A DNA stretch of 64,000 nt from Yuukianura sp. NJ FZ-2021 (taxonomy: Eukaryota), in contig CM102283.1 of NCBI GenBank assembly GCA_046563655.1, positions 7,998,001-8,062,000 of the forward strand, given 5' to 3'. Positions within the stretch are counted from its first letter, which is position 1. Each line of letters begins with the position of its first letter. The notes below the pieces were generated by a model, which saw nothing but the letters and a program-made list of their open reading frames with translations, did no database searches and had not been told where the DNA came from. Both the position numbers and the translations under genes were made by a program. Positions 14,323-26,899 of the stretch are shown piece by piece.

Positions 14323-15834
14323 TCATTTGAGTTCCTCTGCATCCGTTTCCACAGTTCCACCTGAAGGTTCAGGTTCAGAAACCATGTCAATTTCAAGGAC
14401 AGGAGCGAAGAGACTTCTGCTTTTTGACCCCCCACTTCCCCCCTGGGGGTGGCAGGGGTCAGGGGGCAAACTTGGCTTTGGAAGTTTGGAAACTTCGAGT
14501 GTGTCTCCCACTGGAGGTGGAAAGTTTAGTCAAGGTCAACCGAGGTCAACTTAAAATTCTTAGGGAACACGGGAGTTTTTAAAAATCAAAAATTTGAATT
14601 TTGAAATTTTGTAACGTTACCTCGTTCAGTCCTTCGTAGGCTTCCGGCAAGACTTTCCACATCACCAGATCTCGCAGAAAATTGAAAACTGTTAATAGGA
14701 ATCTTTTTGCCCAGCGTCCGCTCATCCAAGTGCCATCGATTTCCTATCAATGCCAAAAAAAATGTTTGTTTGAACAGAAATATTTTGTTTTGAACTTGAA
14801 TTTTCAAACAAGAAACAAAACTGTCTAGGATTTTGATTGATTCGACTGAAGTGTTACCGCAGCATAGAAGAATAAGGCCAACTGCAGTGATGATTCCTCC
14901 ACCACAACCAATGATCACCTACACACAAGTAATCCCCCATTTGTAAGTAATTACATTTTCAATTAAAATTTCGAAAAAATGTCAGAAAAAAATTTGAAAT
15001 TTTGATTTTATGATCACGTCTTACTCCAGGTTCACCAAATCCCAAAAGGTAGCAGATGAATCCGGCCAGTATTGTAACAATTGTTCCAATAATCATTATG
15101 CCAAGTCCGATATGCGCACAGGAAATTCTCTCCTGAACAAAAATACATATTATAATATACCGCATATTATAATATTAAACATAAAATAAATATTATACAT
15201 CATGTACTACTACATATCATGTTTTATGTAATAGTCATTATCGATAATCGGTTTAGCCAAGGAAAGTCATTTTGGCCATCAAAGCACGTTTCTGCCATTA
15301 AAATTTATTTCGGCCACCAAAACTCATTTCAGCCGTCAATAAATCATTTTTGTCATAAATCAGCCCTGTCACCCCTACGAACCGCCTCCATTCGTCAGTA
15401 ATGACCACATCGCTCGTTATTTTTTTCATTTTTTTTTCGGATTGAATGTCATAGGTTACGAAACTCACCGGTTTATGATATAAAATCACAGGGTCAGCAT
15501 GGTAGTATCCATCCAGGGAAGAGCCATTTCGTATCGACTGGCCGTGAGTACCCTGCTTATGTCCACCAATCACAGGCGGTGATCGGTGTTGTTGATGCTG
15601 TTGTTGTTGAGTGGATTCATAGACTGTGGGGATTCTTGGAGCAGAGCTGGTTGGAGTCGAACAGGCTCCGGCTGCAATTGAATCCAGAAAACTAGTTTGA
15701 CTGTTAGTTTTGCGATGAATGGACCGATGATGTTGGGGATCCCGACTTTGTTCCGGTGGAGTCGAAGTGGCCTTTTGTTGTTGATGTTCTTCACGTTGTT
15801 GACGGCGCTTGTTGAGTAAATTGGCGGCATGCAT
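14323..15834 (-). CDS. Orphan membrane protein: long Q/S/P-rich N-terminus, two TM helices, short tail
   Basis: Exons ~15834-15465, 15132-15025, 14918-14857, 14743-14621 and 14511-14323 are linked by GT-AG sites. Hydrophobic segments IGLGIMIIGTIVTILAGFICYLLG and VIIGCGGGIITAVGLILLCC. Confidence 0.65.
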
Positions 15835-16471
15835 GATTTAGTAACTTCGTGTGGTTAGGGTTTCGTGTTTACTTTAGTTAAACCCCGGCTATTAGTGGAC
15901 AAAAGTGGCATGGCCGAAACAACATGTTGAATTCACGAGACCAATTTAAACGCACTTTCCACAATTTACATTCACTTTCAGTTAGTTATGTTAGAACTTT
16001 GTTGTGCCGAACATGAAGTTACATTACACGAGGTTACATAAAGTTACACAACTTGGTTACATGTAGTTTTCAGTTAACTGAACGTGACAGGAGACTAGTA
16101 AAGTGACCACTAATACGGTAGAGTGAGAACTCACGGTGGAAAGTGTTTGGTTTTCCCTTTTATGTGATCTCAATCTGTGATCTAAAGGTTCCAAATCCTA
16201 TAAGACATAATGCTAACGTTTGGTTCGGAAGGAGAAAGTTGGTAGTGAAAGTATATGGAGCCAGGTAGAGACTATTTAGTAGCAGGAACAAGTTTTTGCC
16301 TATTTTGCACAGCGCTTCTGAAACAGGGTTCGGCAGATCCGGTAAAGATCGGCAACAGTTCGGTTTTTTGTAAAAACCGAAACGAAACAGCCAAAACCGA
16401 TTTTAAAGTTTCTTTAGCCTTAAAAATCTGAAATTTTAGAAGAAAAAAATTTAAAAACTTTTTAAGTTAGC

Positions 16472-16771
16472 CTAAATTTTTTGTATTCTGACTTTGGCAG
16501 TTGACTTTTTTGAACTTTTTTGGAATTGCCCAGAAAGAAAGCGGGCAGCGGGTTCGAATCCCCCTGGAGGGAAAGGGACCGGAAATTCTTCACGGTGAAA
16601 ATCGCTTGGTTTCTCCTTGGATTTGGTGGGTGCTTTCTCCATTGGTTCGATCAATAATTGAAGCATATACGAACCATGTGAAAACTCCAATGCTTTCGAT
16701 CCATGTAGAAGTACACTTTTAGTGTAACTTTCCAAATACCCAATGCAAATGGAGACAACATCTTCCATCAC
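16472..16771 (-). CDS. Possible small ORF or exon, function unknown
   Basis: 99-aa ATG-initiated ORF with coding-like composition. No family recognised and no downstream exon resolved. Confidence 0.25.
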   Translation of the reverse strand: MMEDVVSICIGYLESYTKSVLLHGSKALEFSHGSYMLQLLIEPMEKAPTKSKEKPSDFHREEFPVPFPPGGFEPAARFLSGQFQKSSKKSTAKVRIQKI

Positions 16772-19700
16772 TTTCCAACGGCTAGACTATGTTCTACACA
16801 CTTTTTAGTACAATGGAAACCAAAACCTAACCAACAGAGAATGAACTGGACGCAACAATTTCTAAGCAACACAACATTTTTTTTTGAAAACCTGTCAGAT
16901 TTTTTCTTATGAAAAGACGGTGACTAAGACGAGAGAGGAAATGTCAAAATCTATTCTGATCACGACGCCATATCGAGTAATAATCTTGAGGAAAAATGAG
17001 ACATTTCCAAATGAGATGCGAAGAAAAGAGGTGGAACATGACAAGGGGAAAGGAGAAAGTTACACTTCCAGAAAATGTCAACTTGGAGCCCCTGGAAGGA
17101 TATGTCATCATTTATTGACTTTGACGCGTGACAATGTTACGTTGATCATTCTTTGGTTTGGGTTTTATAAGGTGACAGACGCAGTGTGACACTGACAACT
17201 CACTTACTCACTTCCCACTATGGAATAAGATTTTCAAAAAAAAAAAAAAATCAGTGTAACTCATTTCAAATTCCAACATTTTCAGAAAAGAAAATTCTCG
17301 TTTCATACTTACAAAATTTTTAGGAAAAAAAAATTACATTGTGACTCATTTCCAAGTAACCTTAAAAACAGTTCTTGATTTTTGTGTCTGTAATTTTTTC
17401 CCTATTTTTGATTTGAACAAACCTGTTTTGAATTTTAAGACACCTTGGAATATTTTCGGAACAAGTTTACATCGACATGCAGAATGTTGTTGGAAAACAA
17501 AGAAATGAAAAACACATACAAAAATAGAAATTTGTTGTTTCCTTATATTAGATTTTGTTTAGTAACTTTCTGAAAAGGTTGACAAATTGTTCGTCACTCT
17601 AGTTTTGTTTTTGTAAATGCCAAGTTTAAATATAAACTGTGTACGTGCTGGTTGTTTTTTTGGTGACGTTTGCAATTTATTTGTAATTTCACTTCTCTGG
17701 AGGCATTGAAAGCGTGTATCGAACAACAAATTCAAAAAAAAAAAATTTTCCTTGCCAGTACATTAAATCTAAGCTTTTCTCTGCAAATAAACTCCATACA
17801 AATATTGAAACTCTAAAAAAATCAATACGGTAAAAAAATATGCATGAATAGAACTAGGACAAGAATGACGACAAAATCAGTTTTTCCAAAACAGACTTTC
17901 TTTTGCTGAAAAAAATGTGTAATTCTATTTCCTTTTTTCATTTTCATATTTTTCTCTTTCAGAAATTTCAGCTTCTACAATAACCTTATTTTCCAAACTC
18001 GAAATTATGATAATATCCGTTTTCAAAATAGAAATGTACAGTATGATCCAGAAAATTCTGATTTAAAAAGCTTAGCAGTGGTGCTTCATGATTGGTCGAT
18101 GACGAAATGTACACATTGGTCCAAAAAATTTCCATTTTTTAAAATGTCGTTTTCTGATTGGTAAATGACAATTTCAGTTCATAAATAACAAAACCCTGTA
18201 CTTTTCCATTTCTGTTGACCTGTTTTAATAAAATATGTGAATCCAACAAAAGGAGAAAGTTTTTCGAAAAACAAGTCGGATTTTGAACAAAAGCTGAAAG
18301 GATTTTGAGTTATTAAGATCCAAAAAGCTGGAAGATGAGAGGCTTACTGCTCATTTTGTTTTCTTCCTATTCAGTTCAATGAATCACGTAATTCGATCCA
18401 TAATTTATTTAAAGGATGAAAACTTTCAAATAATAGGACCAACCTACACTATTAGTTTCCCTATTCAGAACTTTTTTACAAAAAGAAAGCAGTCTGGATG
18501 GACTCGAAATTTTGTGAAAAGCCTTCAAAAGCTTCAAAATCCAGCAGCTCTAAATCTTCTTTATGATCTTTTCATCTGTGATGGAGACATCAAAAGAGAA
18601 AGCGAGAAAACCCTTGAACTCTGGAGAATTCTAACAAAAGGCGGGAAGTTTTCAAAATTTTGAACTCTGCTAAAATGATATCCAAAAGTCCAGAACGTAA
18701 TTAACAATGTTAATTTAACATCAAGCCCAGTTAGTTAACTCAGAATTTAAATTTGGTGGCATCTCTTTCAAAATTTAACTTTGCCGGGATTTCAAATTTC
18801 TCAAAATTTAAACATGTCCGGTCTCAGATTTCCCAAATTCTAAATGTACAAAAAAGACTCAGATTTCCAAAATTTAAATTTAAGTACGTCTCAAATTTTT
18901 CAAAAATGTAAATGTACTGACTCTCAAAATTCATTTGCATTGCCGTCAATTTGCATTGTTTCCGGTAATCCTTTGTTGAAAATTTCAAATGCAACCGCCT
19001 TCTAGCAAATCCAAAGTTTTGTAGAACTCATTTACAAGACTTCCTTGTTGTTTAGTAAACTTTAGCATCCCTTCAGGGCAGCTTTAGCCTTATCTTGCGG
19101 GAATTCCGCTGCTAGCACTCCTAGCTCTGCTCCCACGTTTAAAAACTTTTATTAATTGAATTTTCAAACTCAGTTTTTAGAAAAGTTTTTTAGCACAGGA
19201 GAATATCATCCTCATTACTTCGAGAGTTGGCGCTCAACGTTCCTTTTTGTTCCAGTTTTAGAAGTTTTTGTTAAACTAGAAAACTAGTTGTTAATGAGTA
19301 AGGACTTTCACTTTTGCCCAATCCCAACATATACTAGACATCACAAATCCAGAAGTCATCATTATAAATGACGTGACTAAAAATATTTTCAAAATTTCGA
19401 AAGTTTTTGAACGTGATTTTGAGTTAAAGACGAAAGTCAAGTTCGTGTTAATCAGTGATTTCAGTTTCAAACGGAGCCGGACTTTGAAAAAAAAAGTAAT
19501 TTTTCTAAAAAAAAAAAGTTGAAGTTTAAAAAAAAAGTGGAGAATTAGATATTTCGGGCGGACAGTTGAAAGAAGAAGCCTTTCGGGGAAACTCATTAAA
19601 GAGACTTTGTGTAGTTCCAGAACTTTGAAATGTGCTGCTGAGAAGTATAGTACTGGAGAAGTATTTCTGAGAAGAAGACGGAGAGAAAGTTGACAGTGAC

Positions 19701-20342
19701 AAAAGGCCACTTGTAGACTTCCATTTGTCAACACAGTTTTCTTCTCCCGGGAAGTTTCAAATTACAAGTGAAAGGAAGAGAAAGGCGGTGATAGGTGGAT
19801 CTCTCCGATTTTTTTTTTGTCCCAAGGGAACCCTAGGGTCACCTAACTCCTAAAATCCAAGAAAAAACTAAGGCTTGAGTTCCATTTTCCAGAAAAACTT
19901 TCACTTTTTCTAAGGTTAGATTTTTAGAAAAGAAATTTTCTGGAACGTTAGGGAATTAGTGTAACCCAACCGTCTCGTTTTTTTTCTCCGCTCGTCATTC
20001 AAAAACTGAATCCAAAGTTTAATTAAATCCGAGAAATTGAAATCTTGAAATTAAATAACATGACTGCTGCTGCTGCTAGGCTCTTTTCACCCGACTGAGT
20101 TAATGAGAACCTAATTTGAAAACAACCGCGGCGGTGTGCTGTGCTGAAGGTTTACATAGACACAAAACCACTGTTCTTGACGTTTACTACTTTGACGCTC
20201 CACAAACTTTTTAAATTAGATTCAAAACCTCCCGCCCTAACCCCTGCTTCACCCCTTCCTTCTCCCCAGACGGATGTCAATATTAAAGTTTAACAAAGTT
20301 TTTAAGAGTATAAAAATGTCCCCTTGGAGTAATTCGGCTTCT

Positions 20343-20878
20343 TTTGAGGAAATACTGAGGAAAGCGTTGCTGAGAAAACTAAGGAAAGCGTCTTCTGAGG
20401 AAAGTTTGAGGAAATCGTCTTGAGGAGACTCCGAGGAAAGCGTTTTCGAGGAAACTGAGGAAACTCCGAGGAAAACGTTTTTGAGGAAACACTGAGGAAA
20501 GCGTCTTCTGAGGAAACTGAGGAAAGCGTCTTCTGAGGAAACTGAGGAAAGCGTCTTCTGAGGAAACTGAGGAAAGCGTCTTCTGAGGAAACTGAGGAAA
20601 GCGTCTTCTGAGGAAACTGAGGAAAGCGTCTTCTGAGGAAACTGAGGAAAGCGTCTTCTGAGGAAACTGAGGAAAGCGTCTTCTGAGGAAACTGAGGAAA
20701 GCGTCTTCTGAGGAAACTGAGGAAAGCGTCTTCTGAGGAAACTGAGGAAAGCGTCTTCTGAGGAAACTGAGGAAAGCGTCTTCTGAGGAAACTGAGGAAA
20801 GTGTTTCTGAGGAAAGCGTCTTCTGAGGAAACTGAGGAAAGCGTCTTCTGAGGAAACTGAGGAGTGTTTCTGAGGAAA
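20343..20878. repeat. 25-bp tandem minisatellite (GAGGAAACTGAGGAAAGCGTCTTCT)n
   Basis: About 14-15 near-perfect units from ~20490-20860 with degenerate flanks. The 25-aa periodicity of the spurious ORF equals three units. Confidence 0.95.
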
Positions 20879-21115
20879 AAGTGATGAAAGTATCCATTAA
20901 TTGCTGATATTCATTCAAAATTCAAATAAAAGTGAAAGGAACTTTCTCATGACTTCTTCCCGCCAAAACTTATTTCCTGGATGTCTGCATACTTTTGTTG
21001 CTACTGCATCGTGGTTGACTGGCAAAACAGAAAGTTTTTTTCTGGATGGATGATCTATGATACTCTACATTAGTTTTTGATATAAATTCCTCTGGATTTG
21101 GAATGCTCACAGAAA

Positions 21116-22095
21116 CTACTTGAATCGACGTTGTTGGCTTTGCTGTACTAGAAGTGCAGGGCTGCTGGCAGTCGTTATAGACATTTCACCACCACTGTCA
21201 ATGTTGACGGCGTTTCCAGAATTTCTCATCCTATCAGCAGCTCCAAGGCAGGGATGAAGGATCGATACGTTAATTCCTACAAGAGCAATTCCATGTACGA
21301 GAAATCAATATAAGGATTGTTATAATTCCAGACTAAAAAAACTCAACAAAAAAAATTTTTTTTTGTAAAGTTGCATTTTACCGAGTAATGTTAGTCCCAA
21401 AACCAAAATGAGGAGACCGAGAATCACCAGCAAAATGAATGGGGTGAGACGACAGACGTTGTAGGCCAACCAAGAAGTGCTTAACACAATGACGCCCAGG
21501 AGGGCAATGACTATGCCGCTAGCAACAAGCACCTTAGAACTCCACTTTCTAAAAATTAAAAAAAAAAGTTCATAAAATTGAAAAAGTTGTTAATTGAAAT
21601 TTTAAGTTATAAACTTTACCTTCCGCAAAAACTGCACTTGACATCACCTTGAGAATTTTTTGAACCAGATTCCCCCTCATACTCAACTTCCATTTCCTCT
21701 ACTGCCGGCGGAACCGAAAAACTGTCGGATTCTTCAAAATTTGTAGAGGTCAAAGGCCTTTGGACATCATTTTCACTGGGATAACGGTCATGTTCTGCCG
21801 TGTTGTCACGAAATAGAAGTGGGCCGAGACTTGCCAGTAGTCGGAGGTCACTGCTACTGAAACTTTGACCTGAAGATATCGATTTTTGTAGTTCCACCAA
21901 CCTTTCCCGCCGAAACGGAATGATAATTGGTACAGAGTCGTCATCTGATGCATCTTCTGGGCTTAGTTTTCCAAGGAACGTAGAATTTTTCAGTTGGATT
22001 TGCAGTAACTGTTCCAAACGAAGTCGTTCCCGCTCTAACTCCAAACGTTGTTGTCGTTCCTGTTCTTTTAAAACGCGTTTCACCGCGGCGTACAT
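21116..22095 (-). CDS. Orphan membrane protein: coiled-coil N-terminus, two TM helices
   Basis: Three exons (22095-21620, 21548-21382, 21276-21116) join in frame: ...CSFCGR|KWSSKVLVASGIVIALLGVIVLSTSW...FILLVILGLLILVLGLTLL|GINVS...RRFK*. Confidence 0.65.
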
Positions 22096-22582
22096 TCCAA
22101 ATTGCTAGGTTGAGTTCGGCCGTGAACAAAACTTTATTGGCTTCTGAAACCTTTTCTGTTGAAGTTGATGAGTGGACGAGTCTGAATGACGCAAATTTGG
22201 CGAAAAGTGAGGAATTGTCCTAGTTTGTGCTTCTAAACGCAAAAAACAGATCAATTATCCAATACTGGAGAAGAAAGTAACATGCAATAATAAATGTGTC
22301 CTTGTCAGATCGCATTTACCTTGTTGCTTCGTGGGCGGGTCTGTCAAACTGTAGAAAGCTACTTTGGGTGGAACACGGAACAGGTTTCGGCAGCACAATT
22401 ATTTGTGCAGTTAAGTGAAAACTTTCATTTCTTATCAAACCTCAGAGGAAAATAATTGAACATTCTGATTCTGATGCTACGGATAAGAATTGCTTAATGT
22501 ACTTTCACTTTTTTTTCTTGTTTGGCCAAATTTTGAAATTTTGACAGAATATATTCCTATTCCTGTAAAGTTGTTGGAGTTT

Positions 22583-24406
22583 TTAGACTTCAAATGCGAT
22601 AGAGTCAGTCATGAGTCCATCAGGATCCGATCTGACCTCTGCAGTGCTAAAGGTCACTTGGACACTTCATGACCCTGACCCAGTGGGAACTGAAATTGCA
22701 AACTTATCTCTCTCTGACACGACTTCTTCTCCGTTCAAATACCAAAATACGTCCAGTTTTTCTCCGGGAACTGGCAGCGATGGATCTCGCAGTTGACCGA
22801 GTTTGAGAGTATTGACAGTGACGGTCTTAGCATGGGTAATCATTGAGTCGGTAAATGGCACGTTCCTCTCGTTGTTCGCCGGTCAACCAGTGTGTCCAGC
22901 CCAAACTTGCGACAGTACGGGCAGCATTCACCCCAGAGTAAACGTATCTACAACACAAATAACTCAAATTTTTAATTTCAAAATTCAACGTTTCAGTTTT
23001 CCAAAAATTTGGTTTTAAAATAGTAATACGGGCTGCAATTTACCCATTGTCGTACTTCTCTCCTACGTCAACAAAATTGTGGCTCATTTCGCTAAAGAGA
23101 AAAAAAAATCGAATCGGGAATTCAATTTTTTTGAATTTGTGTGCAAAATTTTTAAATTTCAGATTTTTAAAAACTTACTGTCGGAGTACCATTGTTCCAG
23201 TACGCGTACTTCTAGTGGAAATGACAAATTCTCCGCCCAGTCCACCATAATAGTGGTCATGTCCTATCAAACTTGGATAGTCGCAACCTGCAACACAAAT
23301 TCAAGTTTTGAATTTTCAATTTCAAATTCCTTTAGAATTTCATAATTTTTTTTTGCAACAGCACAGAACGTTCGTTCAGTAACTCCAAAAATCGAAATAA
23401 ATAAAAATAGCTAACCTGAGGGTCTTGTCAGTTGACAAATTTCTTGAGCAAAGCCTGGTCTCGCTACAAAAAAAAAGTTTAATGGTGATTGAAAAATACA
23501 ATTTTAATTAATTTTTCGCATTTACAGTACCTTTTTGAAAATTTGAAAAAATTTCGAAATTTTAAAACTTACCAGTGTAAATAGCTCGCAATTCTCCACC
23601 TTCTCGGAACAGTCTGAACGGCGTGTAGAGTGGTCCGTTGTATCCAATTCCAGAACCCTCACTCTCAACAAAAATGGCCCAAATGTTGAATACTGGCAAG
23701 TATGAACGGAACGTCGTCGTGGCAAACATGTCATTCGTCAGTCGGTTCATATCATCAAAGAATTCTGAAATTCAAAAAAATCCACCATTTTAAGTTCCAA
23801 AACATCAAAATTTTGAAAATTGAGTTAGGTTTACCCTGTCTTTCTTCAAGTGTGTATCCATCTCCCATGAAAACCACGTCAATTCGGTTAGCCTGATCTC
23901 CAGAATCTACGATTTTGACAACCTCTGGTTCCTGGACAACTTTTTTGCCAGAAGTTGGACTTCGGTACACAAGTGGCTAAACTTGAGATGTACTTTTGCA
24001 GATACTTTGCACATGCTCGTCCAGAATTGACTTCTTTCGGGCAAAAATTTCAATGATGAGATCCTTGTCTCCAGTGGGCTTCCCAATACCGGAGTCTCCT
24101 GGATATGACACGGCTGGTTTCGTGCGAATAGAAAGAGCGTTTTCAGATGGATCGCTGAAATGCTTGTAGCGCTGAATGGTTTCATCTGTCAAAATGATGC
24201 AGTGATTGTCTTCATCGGTTTGCCGCAGTTTTACATAGTAGTCTTCCGCCAAACTACAAAAAAAGAGAGGCTTGGTTAAGAAATTACGATCAAAAATTTT
24301 AAATCATCAAAATATGAAGCAAAGTGCTAAAAAAAACTTTTAAAAATTGAAGTCAGACTTACCAACTTGCGCAAAGTAGCGCCAGCAGAAAAAGTTGCTT
24401 CAGCAT
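22583..24406 (-). pseudogene. M64-family metallopeptidase pseudogene; inverted duplicate of 34988-37618
   Basis: Near-identical to copy 3 but carries an in-frame TAG at 23977-23979 (GAG in copy 3) and an internal deletion at 22830/22831 that creates TAC CCA TGC TAA. It also has HEMGH>HEMSH and GEEY>GEKY changes. Confidence 0.9.
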
Positions 24407-24658
24407 TCCGGTATCGTAAAAATACCAAAAATCTGAAATTCCTAAATTTCTGAAATCTGATTTCAAGCTGTATGCTCTCCGAGCAAAATACTTGAGCAGT
24501 CTGAAGCTAAGTTGGAAATTTGTGAACAATTTTGTCACTTATCATGAAATCTATTATCAATTGCATGGATTGAGTTATAAGTAGTTTTAGTTCTCATTTA
24601 TGATGCTGGTGTGACCTTTTAGTATTGAAACAATGGTGCTAATGTGTGTACTTCCAGA

Positions 24659-24950
24659 TTCTGATGGGTTTTTACATGAAGCTCCGCAGCACATTGAACC
24701 TAGGGAAGTTTGCAACCGAACTGTGACTTCTTCCTTTCACCGTGACCTCAACGGTCTCATTTGTGCCAGCGGTGAGAAGTCAGCGGAAGCATGTTTTTCC
24801 CCGAGAGATGCTGGATCTCCACTGAGTTGCAATGTGTGCGGAGTCATGAAATTGTCAGGAGTATTTAGTTCGGGATTTCACGTGGGTCAATGACCTCTCC
24901 CGTTCTCTTTACTGACATTCGGAAATGATCTCAGTTGGGCTAAAGTACTC
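24659..24950 (+). pseudogene. Isolated C-terminal exon of a trypsin-like serine protease homolog
   Basis: After the acceptor TTCCAG: ...VCNR...LICASGEKSAEACFSPRDAGSPLSCNVCGVMKLSGVFSSG, which is the GDSGGPL-C region with the catalytic Ser replaced. No upstream exons are visible. Confidence 0.6.
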
Positions 24951-25537
24951 CTGTAACGGTTAACAAAAATATAGCCTTGTTCTAAAATTATTGTTCTAAT
25001 TTAGGAAACCCTAACCCATGCCCTTGTTTAATCTGCTTGGAAACACTTTCAAACAACTTTCCTTTGTGTTGAAAGTGTCCAAGGTTGTACATTTCTGAGC
25101 CGAAGGGACGCCGAAGGCTCCACAACGATTAAATTCTAATTTTAGATGGCAAAATTTCATTCGGATTGGTTGGAAATTCTAACCAATGGAATTGAAAGGC
25201 TAGTGTCTGAAGTTTAGAAGCAAACAAGGTATATAAGAACGAAAATGCAAATTAAGCGTCTTTGCAAATTTGCAATTTCTCTACTATCAGTCCACTGCAA
25301 ACCTCGTAGCGTGGTTGGAACTTGGAGCACAAATCCGCAACAATATTGGGTGGTTTGGCTGCTAAAAAACTATCTACCCCACACAGGTACTTTTGCTTTT
25401 AGATTAATATTTCCTCAGTAGAGTCCAAGGCTTCAGATTCTTCAAGGACAACTTGAAGATTCACAGAGAAGTTGGAGGTTTCATTCTTTTCGAGATATAA
25501 CGGGGTTTATTTAATTAATTAAGTTATACAATTTAAT

Positions 25538-26157
25538 ATGGAGCAGGACGGAAAGGAGACATCTGGTGACATCGTCCCGCAAGACGTTAGCGACTTAATC
25601 TTTTCGCATACAGATCCTGCAGTTCCGTCATCAAGCCGGGTTATGACGCCGGGTTATTTCCCGTCAACAGAGGTACAGAAATCTTAGAATCTTTAACTAA
25701 ATAATTAGTTTGAACTGAAAATGGAGTACTGCTCCATTGTACCGCATTTTTAAAACATAAAAATTTTTAAAACATGGCCTAGAACATCGAAGTCACAGCC
25801 AAGCAGTCAGGAATTCGTAGAATTCTTCGCGAGGCGCTGGAGAAGCAGTCGGAATTTGACAGAAAAAAAGACGAACTTTATGTCATAAAAAACGTTGGAA
25901 TTCAGAAACGAGAAGCTGATTTACTTTCTCGCCTGAAGGGTCTAGCAGAGTGGGAGAAGATGTGGCAAGAAGACATCATTGCCCGCCTGAATTTCTTGAA
26001 AGAGTGTGAGGAAAATGGTCTTGATGTAATGGAGAAACAGTTAGAGAAAGAATCGGTCATCCTGGAAAATCTTCACATTGTCAAAATTCAGAATGAGCTG
26101 GAAATTACAGCCACAAATTTCGAGGGTAAATCGTTATCCTCATTGCACCGACTTTGA
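25538..26157 (+). CDS. Hypothetical coiled-coil protein
   Basis: Exon 25538-25672 (MEQDGKETSG...STE) splices in frame to 25783-26157 (NIEVTAKQ...EKQLEKESVILENL...), which is E/K/L-rich. The 3' end is uncertain. Confidence 0.5.
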
Positions 26158-26359
26158 CTCGATGGGGGGTCATTCCACCTCCAAGATCCACATTTTGCTT
26201 CATTCAATTCATAATCTCCAGCTCCTCAAAACAATTAAGCAAGGGTTATTGACCTCATTTGGGCTCGCTAAGTTACTGTTCAGAGGAAATCGAAAGTGAT
26301 CGCGAAGGATCGAAAAACGGCATGAAAACTGTATGAAATCAAATTATCAATCTGAAAAC

Positions 26360-26430
26360 TATTATTCATTCTTCATTATTCATTATTATTATTATTATTC
26401 ATTATTCATATTCATTATTATTATTCATAT
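26360..26430. repeat. (ATT/ATTC)n microsatellite
   Basis: attattcattcttcattattcattattattattattattc... Confidence 0.8.
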
Positions 26431-26899
26431 AAACTTCTTAATACTTTGGTTAAATTGATACTGTTTGCTTTTCAACTTTATGTTAAATCGATAGCAGTTT
26501 AGTATGGTAATGCTGCTATGTATAATTTATTGCTAAGATTTGTGAAAGTTCGTTGCATAGCTTGCGTATATCGTACTGATTCAGTTCTTTTCTCACAAGT
26601 TTTTCTCTCGTCTTTCTAAAAATTTTGTCGCTTCAGTTTCAAAATAATTTATTGTTACCCTATGCTTCTGTTTAGTAAATCGTGTAAAGTTAATTGACAG
26701 TTGATGGATTTTAATTTTAATTAGTGCTCTCGGAATGGGGTGGAGTTAAGAGGAAAATCGATATTCCTGAGGAAAATTCGGCAGGAAATTACATCCCAAA
26801 AGTTTCTCCCTTTTTGTGACTTCCTTTCCTTTTGCTTTTGGTATAATCCAAGTTTTTTCGATGTAAAGCTACGGTGGGTAGTGAGTAATTAATTCAGTT

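Noticed and set aside
18735-18935. Degenerate TCTCAAAATTTAAATGT-like repeats
   Set aside because: Too degenerate and low-complexity to define a unit or function by eye.
16884-19734. ORFs at 16884-17189, 18379-18663 and 19291-19734
   Set aside because: They have the F/K/L/I-biased composition of AT-rich noncoding DNA, with no motifs or consistent splice structure.
20379-20918. 179-aa repetitive ORF; possible CRISPR-like array
   Set aside because: It is the translation of a 25-bp tandem repeat with no unique spacers, no cas genes and a eukaryotic context.
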